From: an uncultured Bacillota bacterium
GTDB lineage: Bacteria; Sysuimicrobiota; Sysuimicrobiia; Sysuimicrobiales; Segetimicrobiaceae
Reading direction: 5' to 3'
DNA: 64,000 nt
Assembly (NCBI GenBank): GCA_963804645.1
Contig: CAWDRG010000005.1
Coordinates: 288,001 to 352,000, forward strand
Position 1 is the first letter of the stretch, and each line of letters opens with the position of its first letter. The notes beneath the pieces were generated by a model that was given only the letters and a program-made list of their open reading frames with translations, was not told the origin of the DNA and made no database searches. Shown here in pieces: positions 11,038 to 20,879 of this stretch. The translations under genes were made by a program, and so were the position numbers.

Positions 11038-13278
11038 CTACTTGGCCTGGCCGCCGGGATAGATCGCGCGCATCGAGCTCAGGTACAGGACGCCGTGCGG
11101 AGTCTTGGTCGGATCCGTCACCACGACATAAAACGACGACCAGCTGATCGGGAACGCCAGCCCGGGAGGAAACGCCGCGGTGACCGAGCGCCACCCCGTC
11201 CAGTCGACGCGCTGGGCCAGCGTCACCGTCCCCTTCTCGCCGTTCTCCTGGTCGAACACGCCGCGCAGCCACGCGCCGCTGCCGTCCCCGTAGACCCACA
11301 CGCTGACGCCCGATGGCTCCCCGACGAGCGGAATCTGCGTCTGCACGTACGCCGCGCGCGTCCCGGTGCCGTCGAGGCGGTAGGTCAGCGCGACCGACGG
11401 GTGGCCGTCGTGGCTCGGATCGGAGACGCGCGCGACGTCGCCGGTGACGGAGTCGGGATAGCCGCGGAAGGTCCACGCCCCGACGTCGAACTGGTCCAGG
11501 TACCGAGCCGTGCTGCCGATCGCGACGCGTGCCTGTCCGAACGTGCCTCCCAGGGTCGCGGTGACCGTGCCGTTGCCGGCCGCGTCGCCGGGCACAAACG
11601 ACCCCGACGGCGAGATGGTGCCGAGCGTCGGCGGCGCGACGGTCCACTGCGCGATGCCGCTCGGCACGATCACCGGCCGCCCGGTGCGGTCCACCGCGCG
11701 GACCGTGAACTGCGCCGGCTCCCCAGGCGCCACGGTCAGGGTCGCGGGGCTGACCACCAGCTTGGCCAGCTGGGTCACGACCGAGACCGGCGCGGTGCCC
11801 GACGCGGCGCCGCTCTGGACCGTCATCGCGCCGGATCCCGCGGACGTCGATGCGGTCACCGTACCGTCCGGTCCGACCGTGACCAGCCCGGGCGGGGACG
11901 TCACCGCCTGCAGCGGATCCGTCAGGGTCGTCGGGTTGCCCTGCGCGTCGACGCCGATCACCGAGAGCGCCGTGGATGCGCCCGCGAACAGCTCGAAGGG
12001 CTGCCCGGCGTTCACCAGGAGGCGCGCGGGCGGCCCCGGCACCGCGGAGCTGTACACCAGCACCGCGTCGCCGACCGGGCGCTCCTTGCCGTCCGACGGT
12101 GAGTTGACGACCGACGGCGCGGCGGCGCCCGGCAGGCGCACAACCATCGTCGCCGAGCCTCCGCTGTCGAACGCCATCGCCTCGGACGCGCCCAGCCGCT
12201 GCATGTAGGCCGCCAGCTGAGGGCGGGTCAGCCCGATGCTCAGGGCGGGCTGGCGGCCGTCGACCTCGACAAACGTCAGGGTGCGCCCGTCCGGCGCGAT
12301 GCCGACGGCGATCACCGGATAGCGGTGGCTGCTCTCTGACGGCGACGGCGGGTCGGAGTCCGTCGCGATCTGTCCGTTCGCCACCAGCAGCGGCCCGCCG
12401 CCGACCGCGAGCTGCGCATCGTGCCAGTCCGGATCGGTCGTCAGCGCCAGCTGGACCGGCATCCCGGTCGTGAGCCGGTTGAGCCAGTCCGCCCCCGCGC
12501 CCCGTCCGACGAGGATCACATCGTCGTTGGGAAACGGCACGTAGAACGGCTGCTGCGGCCACAGCTGCTTCACGAAGGCGTGCCCCTGATCATCGGGCGG
12601 CGTGAGCTCCGCGACGACCTGGCGGGTCGCCGCATCGGGCTGCGGCGCCCCGTACCCGCGGATGTTGGAGAGCAGGACGATCCCGTTCGGCGACAGGCCG
12701 CTGTTGTACCCGTCGAGCGGCCGCGTCTCCCCGGTCGCGGTCAGCGTCACCGTGCCGGTCCACCGGTACCGGATGATGCGCGCGGCGCCGTCCCGACCGA
12801 TGACGAGCGCGATCCAGCGCCACGGGCTGCGGAGCAGCTGCCCGTTCTGGATCACCAGATTCAGCGGAATCCCCGATTCGTGGATGTCGAAGTAGTCGGC
12901 GTTGATCCCCGCGATCGCCCCGGTGCGGAGCGCCATCGAGGAGACCGTCTCGTCGTCGCTCATCAGGCGGTCGCGCGCGATCCCGACGCCGAGGTGGATC
13001 GTCGGATTGCTGAGGTCGACCTGCATCTGATGCAGGTCGAGGGGGCCGTCGGCGGTGGCCAGGGTCAGATGGCGGTACTGAATGCCGGACGCGACCGGAA
13101 GATCGACCACAGCGGTCGCGAGGATGGAGGGCCAGCCGCCCGGGGGGCCCTGGGCGAACACGCCCGGGCTGAGCAGCGACAGCACGAGGAACAACGCCAC
13201 GCCGAACACGAACCTGCGACAATGGTACTTCCGTAGAGTCATGCGATGCCGTCCGCTGCTGCGTCGTACGAGAGTCAT
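11038..13278 (-). CDS. Secreted phosphodiester glycosidase (NAGPA-like) protein with Ig-like and C-terminal beta-sandwich domains
   Basis: AGINADYFD, VGGGPLLV, VEVDGRQ, AFDSGGSATM and NSPSDGKERPV motifs; GGAGG RBS. Confidence 0.85.
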   Translation of the reverse strand: MTLVRRSSGRHRMTLRKYHCRRFVFGVALFLVLSLLSPGVFAQGPPGGWPSILATAVVDLPVASGIQYRHLTLATADGPLDLHQMQVDLSNPTIHLGVGIARDRLMSDDETVSSMALRTGAIAGINADYFDIHESGIPLNLVIQNGQLLRSPWRWIALVIGRDGAARIIRYRWTGTVTLTATGETRPLDGYNSGLSPNGIVLLSNIRGYGAPQPDAATRQVVAELTPPDDQGHAFVKQLWPQQPFYVPFPNDDVILVGRGAGADWLNRLTTGMPVQLALTTDPDWHDAQLAVGGGPLLVANGQIATDSDPPSPSESSHRYPVIAVGIAPDGRTLTFVEVDGRQPALSIGLTRPQLAAYMQRLGASEAMAFDSGGSATMVVRLPGAAAPSVVNSPSDGKERPVGDAVLVYSSAVPGPPARLLVNAGQPFELFAGASTALSVIGVDAQGNPTTLTDPLQAVTSPPGLVTVGPDGTVTASTSAGSGAMTVQSGAASGTAPVSVVTQLAKLVVSPATLTVAPGEPAQFTVRAVDRTGRPVIVPSGIAQWTVAPPTLGTISPSGSFVPGDAAGNGTVTATLGGTFGQARVAIGSTARYLDQFDVGAWTFRGYPDSVTGDVARVSDPSHDGHPSVALTYRLDGTGTRAAYVQTQIPLVGEPSGVSVWVYGDGSGAWLRGVFDQENGEKGTVTLAQRVDWTGWRSVTAAFPPGLAFPISWSSFYVVVTDPTKTPHGVLYLSSMRAIYPGGQAK

Positions 13279-13441
13279 TCGCCTCCGGATCGCAACGCCC
13301 TGCCGGCGCGCCGCGCGCCCCCTAGTACTACAAAGTCACGATTCTGGCAGGATTTTGCCCGCATGTGCCGAACAGCGGTAGTCGCGTACGCATACATCGC
13401 ACCTCTTGTCGCAGCAGACGTCGTCGTAGCAGGTGTCGCCG

Positions 13442-14652
13442 ATGGCCAATGCGCCGCCTTTTGCCGATCCCGATCTGCGTCAGCGGTTGATCGAGTACCT
13501 CACGGCCGTCCTGCCGGAGTTGGGCCGCAAAGATCGCCGACCGTGGGCGCAAGCGTATGTGCGCGGCTTGCTGCTGGAAGGCGAGCGGAAATCGATCGAA
13601 CCCATGGCCAAGCGCTTGCCGGACGGCAATGTGCAAGCCATGCAGCATTTCATTGGAAAGAGCCCGTGGCCGTATGAGCCGGTCCGCCGGCGGTTGGCTG
13701 GTGTGTTGTGCGCGGAAATGGGCTCCGGGCTGTGGATCGTCGATGACACCGGGTTTCCCAAGCAGGGCAAGCATTCCGTCGGGGTGGCGCGGCAGTACTC
13801 GGGCACGTTGGGCAAGGTGGCCAACTGCCAAATCGCGGTCAGCCTGCACCATGCCACGACGCTGGCGAGTCTGCCCATCGACTGGGCGTTGTACCTGCCG
13901 GAAGCCTGGGCCGCGGATCGCGCGCGCTGCGCCCGCGCGGGCGTGCGGCGGCGTCCGTGGACTACCGCCCCAAATGGCGGTTGGCGCTCGAGATGATCGA
14001 TCACGCTCGACAGTGGGGCCTGGGGGACCAACGCGTCGTCGCCGATGCTGGCTATGGCACCATCGCCGATTTCCGTGCGGGCTTGCGGGAGCGGCAGTTG
14101 CCCTATGCCGTGGGCGTCGAATCCGGCACGGGCGTGTGGATGCGGTATCCGCGACGTCGGCGGCACCCACCCACCGTGCGCGGCCGGCCGCGTACGCGCT
14201 GGGACTACGGGGGCCAGCGGCCGCCCAGCGTCCTCGAGGTGGCGCGCGCGTTGCCAAAAGCCGCTTTTCATACTGTGACGTGGCGCGAAGGGAGCCAGGG
14301 CCAGCTCCGGTCGCGCTTCGCGCACGTCCGCGTCTGACCGTCCCACGGCTTTCATGAGGGCAAGCCGCCGGAGGCCGAACAATGGCTGCTCATCGAGTGG
14401 CCGGCCGACGCCGCCGAGCCGACCAAATACTGGTTCGTCACCGGCCCGCGGCGGCTGTCGCTGTTGCCACTGGTGCGCTGGGCGAAGGCGCGCTGGCGAA
14501 TCGAGCAAGATTATGAACAGTTGAAGGGCGAACTGGGCCTCGACCACTTCGAAGGACGCCGCTGGCTGGGCTGGCATCATCACGTGACGATGACCACAAT
14601 GGCGTACGGGTTTCTCGTGCGCGAACGGCTTCGTCCCCTCGGGAGTAAAAAA
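13442..14652 (+). pseudogene. IS701-family DDE transposase, main part (frameshift near 13950, in-frame TGA at 14335, interrupted at 14652)
   Basis: IVDDTGFPKQGKHSVGVARQYSGTLGKVANCQ, VADAGYG and RWRIEQDYEQLKGELGLDHFEGRRWLGWHHH motifs. Confidence 0.92.
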
Positions 14653-14655
14653 GGT

Positions 14656-14762
14656 TCATCCGGCATTTTCGGGAATTCCAGGAAACGCGGCCATGATCTT
14701 CAGGAAGAAGTAGCCATCGTCTCGGTAGCCGTACCCCATGCGCTTGAGGACCTTGATCTTGT
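14656..14762 (-). CDS. ISL3 transposase 3' exon
   Basis: (N)KIKVLKRMGYGYRDDGYFFLKIMAAFPG, the canonical ISL3 C-terminus; joins the 5' exon in frame. Confidence 0.9.
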
Positions 14763-16677
14763 GGTGGGTAGAGGACGGCCTCGGATCGACCCTTGCGCCG
14801 TCCTCCCCCCGCAGAACCCGGCGTGCAGGTTTCCCGCACCGGGCTCCCCAGAGCGACATTCACGCCTCGGCCTCGTCAGACCGTCGGATGTAGAGTCTTC
14901 GGGCGTGGCAGTTCAAACCACGAGCGGCTCCTGAGGTAGCTCCAGAACAACCGGTGCCATTGGCCGCGCCGACGCAACGTTCTTAGCCACTGGAGCTGGA
15001 CCTCATGACAGACCCAGTCCAACTTCCGCTCGCAGTGGTGTAGGGCGAAGTACTGGTAAAATCCCCGCAGCATCGTCGTAAGGTGAGCCTGTTGCGCCCG
15101 GCGATTCCAGTGCATATGGCTCCTGAGCCATTCATGGGTGCGATCCAGAAACGTCCTGCAGCTGTCGTGTGCCGGAATGCGCACCACGGCGAACTTGCCC
15201 CGCCGGTCCCTACCGCACACGTGCTTGAAGCCCAGAAATACGAACGTGCCTGGCTTCTCTCCATGTGCGGCGGCCCGCTTTCGGGCCTCTCGCCCAAACA
15301 GCAGTAGGCGCGTCTTCTCTGGTTTTAACTCCAGGCCGAACTTCTGCATCCGCTCCGCCAGTTCGCGGCCGAAGGCGTTCGCTTCCGCCTGATGCTCGAA
15401 ACATACCACGAAGTCGTCCACAAACCGAATCAGGTGAGCGGCCCCTTGACAGCTCCGCTTGAACCGTCGCTCGAACCAGAGGTCGAGGACGTGGTGCAAG
15501 TAGAGATTGGCGAGCACGGGGCTGATCGGATTGCCTTGCGACACGCCCTCCCTGTTTCGGACGACAACTCCGTCGTGCATCACCCCGGCCCTGAGCCACT
15601 TGCCAATGAGCCTCAGGATTACGGGATCGGCGATGCGATGGGCCACCATCTTCCGTAACCAGTCGTGATTGATGCGTGTGAAGTACCCGCAAATATCCGT
15701 CTCGAAGACGTACTGTGCTTTCCCCGCAATCAGATGGCCGCGAAGATCTCGCAATGCCTGGTGCGGGTTACGCCCGGGCCGGTATCCGTATGAGCACTCC
15801 ACGAAGTCCTGCTCGTAGATGGCGCTGAGAATCCGCGCCACTGCGCGCTGCAGTAACCGGTCTTCCACCGTGGGAATGCCGATCGGGCGCATAGCCGACG
15901 TGTCCCCAGGTTTGGGGATGTCTACCCGTCGCACCGGTGGAGCCTGATACCGCCCTGCTTTCAGTCGTTCCCAGAGATCGACGACCCGTATCTCCAGATC
16001 GCGCTCGAACTGCGCGCATGTCTCTCCATCCACTCCGCTGGCACCCCGCCGGTTCATCTGCTGCCAAGTTTCTTTCAGAAACTCTGGCGTCAGAATGTGC
16101 GCCAGCGACGTGAAGCGGCACTTCGGGTCTGCCTTGGCTTTGATCGCTATCCCGGCCAGTCCGGTGGTCACCCTGATCCTCCCTCTGAAGGTGGAGGGGA
16201 TGTTTCCCCGACCAAGGTCGTACGCTCTGCCCCGCCGCTTCCCCATGTACGCGGCTCTCCCGCGCTCCGAGTACTACCAGCGGGTCCGACTTCCACCGCG
16301 GCGTTTGCCTCTCTTCGGTCGAACCATCTCGATCGGCATACTCGATCCACTCGATCAAGACCGCGGTGGATCTCCCAGGTCCCTCGACGCGTCCGTCTCC
16401 GTCCGTGCCGTGCTCTCAGACCCCGCCGGGGTCTCCGGCATCCTCGCCCTAACGGATGCGTACTGTTGCCTTCCACGATAACAACCGTGTCGGCCCCCGG
16501 ATTAGGAAGTCACGAGGCTCAATCGCTTCCTTTGCAGTACGGCCCGGACGTCGCCCTGTCTACGCTTAGCCCATGTCGTTACCTCCATGAGCCCAAGACT
16601 CGGTTCCCGGTGGGTGGCTGGCCCTTGCCGGGGCGGGAATTGCACCCGCTGGACGCGCCAGATTTGTCCTGGCGCGC
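14763..16677 (-). mobile_element. Group II intron 1 (1915 nt) in the ISL3 transposase
   Basis: 5' end GCGCGCCAGG. Domain V GAGCCCGGTGCGGGAAACCTGCACGCCGGGTTC at 14846-14814. Domain VI hairpin with bulged A at -7 (14769). Removal restores EGIN-NKIK. Confidence 0.92.
14876..16171 (-). CDS. ltrA: Group II intron reverse transcriptase/maturase, no endonuclease domain
   Basis: GASGVDG, RPIGIPTVEDR, SYGYRPGR, VSQGNPISPVLANLYLH and RFVDDF motifs. GTG start chosen for the GGAGG RBS (open frame extends to 16246). Confidence 0.92.
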   Translation of the reverse strand: MTTGLAGIAIKAKADPKCRFTSLAHILTPEFLKETWQQMNRRGASGVDGETCAQFERDLEIRVVDLWERLKAGRYQAPPVRRVDIPKPGDTSAMRPIGIPTVEDRLLQRAVARILSAIYEQDFVECSYGYRPGRNPHQALRDLRGHLIAGKAQYVFETDICGYFTRINHDWLRKMVAHRIADPVILRLIGKWLRAGVMHDGVVVRNREGVSQGNPISPVLANLYLHHVLDLWFERRFKRSCQGAAHLIRFVDDFVVCFEHQAEANAFGRELAERMQKFGLELKPEKTRLLLFGREARKRAAAHGEKPGTFVFLGFKHVCGRDRRGKFAVVRIPAHDSCRTFLDRTHEWLRSHMHWNRRAQQAHLTTMLRGFYQYFALHHCERKLDWVCHEVQLQWLRTLRRRGQWHRLFWSYLRSRSWFELPRPKTLHPTV

Positions 16678-17809
16678 TGTTGATGCCCTCGAGGAGGCTG
16701 GTGTGTAACGGATAGCGACAGTGCGCGATGATCCCGGGGAGCCGCATCTTGAGATGGCGGGCAAACGTCTTGAGGGGTTCAATGCGACTGCGGATGGCAC
16801 GGTGGTACCAGTCGGTGAAGAAGCGGGTGGCGGCGCCAGGATAGGTATAGTCCCACATCTGCTTGAGATCATCCTTCAGCACGTAGACGGCCGCAAGCCG
16901 CCGGTTGGCTGCCAAGAGGTCCTGGAGTCGTACGCGATCCTCCGGTTTGACGTTCTCACGATTGCGCAAGAGGAGCCACCGCGCGCCTTTGATCACCTTG
17001 CGGGCTTCTTTGTCGCGCCGCACGCGATTGGCTTCGTCCACGCGCACCCGGTCAATGACTTCGCGCCCGTACTTGGCGACCACGTGGAAGAGGTCATAGA
17101 CAAGGACCGCGTGCGGACAATGGGCGCGCACTTCTTCTTCGTAGGCCGTGTTCATATCCATCACCACCGCCTGCAGACGCTTGCAGCCCTCGCCACCTAA
17201 CAGCGCGAAGAAAGGACGGACGTCGTCGCGACTCCGGCCTTCGCCGACCCAGAGCACGCGTTTGCGCCGGGGTTCGACCACCACCGTGGCGTAGCGGTGG
17301 CCCTTTCGCAGGGCGAATTCATCCATCGCAATCGTTGTCACGTTGGACAGGTCCACCGGGAGCAACTGCTCTGCCAACGCGGCCACGTCCAGGTTTTTCA
17401 CGGTGTCCCAGTCGAGGCCGTAGAACTCTGCCACGTGCTTCACCGGCAGGATGCGGCAGAGCCGGACCACGCTCTCCGCCAGGCGCTTGGTCACCCGGTC
17501 CCAGGCCGACAGCCAGGACAGGGCCTCGATTTTGGGGCCGCACGTGGGACAGGCAACGCGGTAGCGCGGCACCCATACGTGAGTCTCGGCGTCGAGCAGC
17601 GGCAGATCCCGGATGCAGCGGACCACCATCTCATGCGCCTTCGCCGTCTCTTGGCCGCACCCGGAGCACCGGAAGGTCCGCTTCTCGCGGGCCAGCGTGA
17701 TCTCCACCCGCGGTTTGCCGGCTCCCGTCGTTGGTTCGATGCGCTCCACCAGCTTCACCCGATAGCATTCCCACCCGACCAGCACATTGGTAGACTGATC
17801 ATGAGGCAA
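16678..17809 (-). CDS. ISL3 transposase 5' exon
   Basis: CSGC...CPTC zinc finger, IAMDEFALRKGHRYATVV, VVMDM, YDLFHVV and LLEGIN motifs. Confidence 0.93.
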
Positions 17810-18105
17810 GGTGCTCCCCCTTCCCTGAAGCGCCGTGTTCGCAGCACGTGCTCAAGGATAGGGGTGTGGTACCTTGCCTTCAACCTATACGGCTATCCCG
17901 GTTTTGCCTGAAGAACCGTAAAAAAACCATAATGGCAAAAGTAGCATCGGCGGCATGTGCGACCACTGATGTCGAGGATTCATCCTTAGGCATTCTGAAG
18001 ATCAACGACGGCGAAGTGACGCGTCAGGCACTCGAGCACAGCAGTGATCATTGTACGCAAATCAGTTCGAGTCGTGAACGCGATAGAGAGACGCGTCGTG
18101 GAAGA

Positions 18106-18334
18106 CTATAGGGGCTTGCTCGGGGCGGAGGTTTGCCAGAGCTGTTCCAGTCGGGTGAGGAATGCCTCAGGCGCTCTTCGGTATCGCGCTCTCTGACGTC
18201 GAGGTTCCTGACTCGCGGCCCAACGTTGCATCTCCGTCCGGTATTGGTCGGTGGGAACGTGAGCAAACCATTCGATCAGGACGTCTGGAGGCAGATCGAC
18301 TGCATATACCGCCAATGCTCCGTACCGCATAATG
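18106..18334 (-). pseudogene. C-terminal part of the unclassified IS transposase
   Basis: (Y)IMRYGALAVY...RARYRRAPEAFLTRLEQLW. Joins GRKSWDG in frame once 18335-20879 is removed. Confidence 0.8.
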
Positions 18335-18342
18335 TAGCCCTC

Positions 18343-18375
18343 GGTAATGGTAGCGTATGAAACGCTACCACTACC
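18343..18375. repeat. 33-bp hairpin, left cassette end
   Basis: GGTAATGGTAGCGT-ATGAA-ACGCTACCACTACC (14-bp arms, one mismatch). Confidence 0.9.
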
Positions 18376-19146
18376 GAGGTCTGGGTGGTGGGAGCGGCAG
18401 CGGTGGTGGCACCACGCCCGGCGGAGGCAGTCCCGGGGGTGGGAGTCCCACTCCGGGTGCGAACTCCGGTCCTGGAAGCAGCGGTGGGAACGGGGGAAAC
18501 GAGCTCCGTGGCCCCCACTTCTCCGGCCAACACTGTCATTACTATATGGCCCGTAACTCCGGCGCCCGCGCCGACGACGCCGGCGGTCCCGGCAGTGCCT
18601 GCTGCACCGACACCGGTTGCGGCGACACCGGCAGTGGGCCGACACCCGCGAGGCCTCCAGTGGCGCCGGCGGCCGCTCCTGCGCCAGCGGCTCCGCAGCG
18701 TGCTGGGTTCGGCCCCCCCGTGCTCGGAGGTAGCGGGCCGACTGTGGTACTCGGCGCCCCGCGTCAGCACGGCGCCGGAACATGCCGCTCTCAGGGCGGT
18801 TCAAGGACAGCCGACCAAGTTACCATTTGGGGGCATGTCGGAAACAAAGCGCTCCCTAAATCACGCTCGGACGCTGGATTGGAACGCTCATGGCTTCAAT
18901 GGGGGCGATTTTGTTCGGGTGGAAGGTCGAGTAGTTGGAGAGCGCCTGGCACTTTCAGTTCGCGGTGCGGCCGGAGAATCGGGATACCGCTGCTCATCTG
19001 GGGCGCCGGTACGGGTGGTGCGCCTGTCTTGCAAAAAGCGGATTCCAGCGTCGATTCTGAGGTTACGAGCCGAACGACGGCACGGTGCCGGACATCCCGG
19101 CAGCGAGACGTGCGTCACGCGGTGGGACGGCCCGCTGAGCCCGTGA
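18376..19146 (+). pseudogene. Probable 3' fragment of a Gly/Pro/Ala/Thr-rich exported protein gene, captured without its start
   Basis: Low-complexity GGGSGSGGGTTPGGG and PAPAPTTPAVPAVP linkers start right at the hairpin and switch frames. No clear RBS/start; followed by a terminator-like hairpin. Confidence 0.4.
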
Positions 19147-19154
19147 CAACGCAT

Positions 19155-19184
19155 CGGGGAGCGAGTGCGAACCCTCGCTCCCCG
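19155..19184. terminator. Hairpin between convergent ORFs (probable terminator)
   Basis: CGGGGAGCGAG...CTCGCTCCCCG, 11-bp stem. Confidence 0.6.
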
Positions 19185-19234
19185 TCAATTTGAAGAGACT
19201 TGGTCGCGTTCCTTAACGCTTTACCGGTCTCCGA

Positions 19235-19879
19235 TTAGCGCCTCACCTTGCGGCGAAGCAGACCGGCGGCGCCGACCAGTCCGAAGGCGAACATCGAGAG
19301 CGAACTCGGTTCCGGTACGGGATTAGGGGCGATCTGGCCGGCTGAGATCTGTCCCTCCAGATCAAACCATGCGGTGCCAGTGTTCGCCAAACCGCTGCTG
19401 CCTCCCACGAGAACGGTGCCGCTGTCCAGGCTCGGGCTGATGTTAGCAAAAGTGGCGCTCGCGCTCTCGTAGTCATTTGGGTCGGTAGATGTGAAGGAGC
19501 CGCCGCACTGAGCGGCCGTTGGGCTGGGAGAATAAGTGCCGATGCATGCACCGTCGCCGTCAAAGCCAAATACTCCGCTACCCACGCCGCCGGTGATCGC
19601 AACGCTCTTCAGTGTGCCACCCGACGAATTCAGAACGCCGATCAAGGTGTCTTCGATGCCGTCGAAGGGCCCCTGATCAGGCGATGCCGTGGTGACATTA
19701 AACCCCGTGGCTACGTCTGAACTGTTGACCGATGTAACCGTAAGCAGCAGTTCGCATCCATTAGTGTCATTACCGACAGGCGGGCACTCGGTAAAGGAGG
19801 CGGCATACACTGCGGGGGTGACTGCCCAGAGAAGCACCGCTACCGCAGTCAGCGCAATACCCCATCTTATCGTCCTCAT
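19235..19879 (-). CDS. PEP-CTERM sorting-domain protein
   Basis: Signal peptide, Ser/Thr/Gly-rich body with four Cys, C-terminal PVPEPSSLSMFAFGLVGAAGLLRRKVRR, AAGGAGGT RBS. Confidence 0.9.
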   Translation of the reverse strand: MRTIRWGIALTAVAVLLWAVTPAVYAASFTECPPVGNDTNGCELLLTVTSVNSSDVATGFNVTTASPDQGPFDGIEDTLIGVLNSSGGTLKSVAITGGVGSGVFGFDGDGACIGTYSPSPTAAQCGGSFTSTDPNDYESASATFANISPSLDSGTVLVGGSSGLANTGTAWFDLEGQISAGQIAPNPVPEPSSLSMFAFGLVGAAGLLRRKVRR

Positions 19880-20335
19880 GCACTTACCTCCTTGATCGCT
19901 GTGGTCGCTGTGGCATTGCTGGGTGGGCTACGGCATCCCCCCTCTCGTTCCGGGGCGACGAGGATCGCGTCTGCGGAGCGCTGACGCCCTCGGCGCGGAG
20001 TCTGACCTCGGAATGGGGCTCGCTGTCCGAACCCATCCTCCATCGAACTCGAATGTGCTTTCCCGTCCCACGGGGGAAATCTTTGTATCACTTGAATGAA
20101 ACAGGCCACAAAAACGAACGACCGCTGGTCGGTGCGGGTTACGAACGTGGCTGCCGAGGCGATTCTGATTACTTCCTTTGAAGGAGGCTTTGGAAGGAGG
20201 CTTTCTGGACCGGGGCGGCAGCAGTCCGGCGCGCACGTCATCCCGCGAGATGCACAGCTTCGCCCCGCGGCGTCGGTTCACTCGATTCGGTCCGCGCGGA
20301 TGGCCGAGCCCAGCGCCGGGCCTGGTCGAGGCTCT

Positions 20336-20844
20336 CTAAACGGGCGGTCCGAAGCGGGTGCGCGAGCGTCGCAGCGCGGCACGCAGCCCCGGGCGGGCCA
20401 ACTGAAGCGGCGCGCGACCCACCGCGTATCGTACCGTGAGCGGCGGCCGGCGGTGTTTGGTTGCGATCAGGCTTGCCACCTCGGCCCAGATCGCGCTCAG
20501 CAATCCGTTCACGGCGTGTCGGCGGGGCGCCGTGCGCCGATGCGCCAACGCGTGACGGAGCGCGCCGCGGAGCGCTTCGGTGCTCGTGGTGGGAGCGTCG
20601 GACGCGACCGCCACTCGGCGCGCCGCCCAGGCCAAGGCATCTCGCACCGTGTCCTGCCGCACGATGTGCGGGCATCGGGCGGCCGCGCCGATCATCTGGT
20701 CGGGAGCGAAAGCCTCGTCGGAGGCGTGCGCGAGCTGCGTGACGGTGAGCGCCTCGACGAGGGCACGAGCGTCCTCTCTCAGCGGACCGGTGGCAGCGGT
20801 CTGGGGGAGCTGCGTCAGGGCCTTGTCAATGATTAGCCGAACGG
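20336..20844 (-). pseudogene. Possible 3' fragment of a helical protein gene truncated by the cassette end
   Basis: Open frame with plausible helical composition begins at the right hairpin with no independent start. Confidence 0.35.
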
Positions 20845-20879
20845 GGTAGTGGTAGCGTTCCCCAAACGCTACCACTACC
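20845..20879. repeat. 35-bp perfect hairpin, right cassette end
   Basis: GGTAGTGGTAGCGTT-CCCCA-AACGCTACCACTACC (15-bp perfect arms). Confidence 0.92.

Larger units (their letters stand above)
14653..17917 (-). mobile_element. ISL3-family insertion sequence (1350 bp without its intron)
   Basis: Imperfect TIRs GGTTCATCCGGCATTTTCGGGA / GGTTCTTCAGGCAAAACCGGGA; 8-bp target duplication GTAAAAAA at 14645-14652 and 17918-17925. Confidence 0.93.
18343..20879. mobile_element. Non-autonomous cargo cassette bounded by two short related hairpins
   Basis: Terminal hairpins 18343-18375 and 20845-20879; flanking direct repeat TAGCCCTC/TAGCCATC; cleanly interrupts a transposase codon. Confidence 0.82.

Noticed and set aside
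14335..14337. In-frame TGA in the IS701 transposase as recoding (Sec or Trp)
   Set aside because: TGA is used as a normal stop throughout the window, and the gene is already disrupted; likely TGG-to-TGA decay.
18343..20879. The paired hairpins as CRISPR repeats, attC sites or terminators
   Set aside because: Only two copies 2.5 kb apart, no spacer periodicity, no attC core or U-tract; they coincide exactly with an insertion boundary and target duplication.
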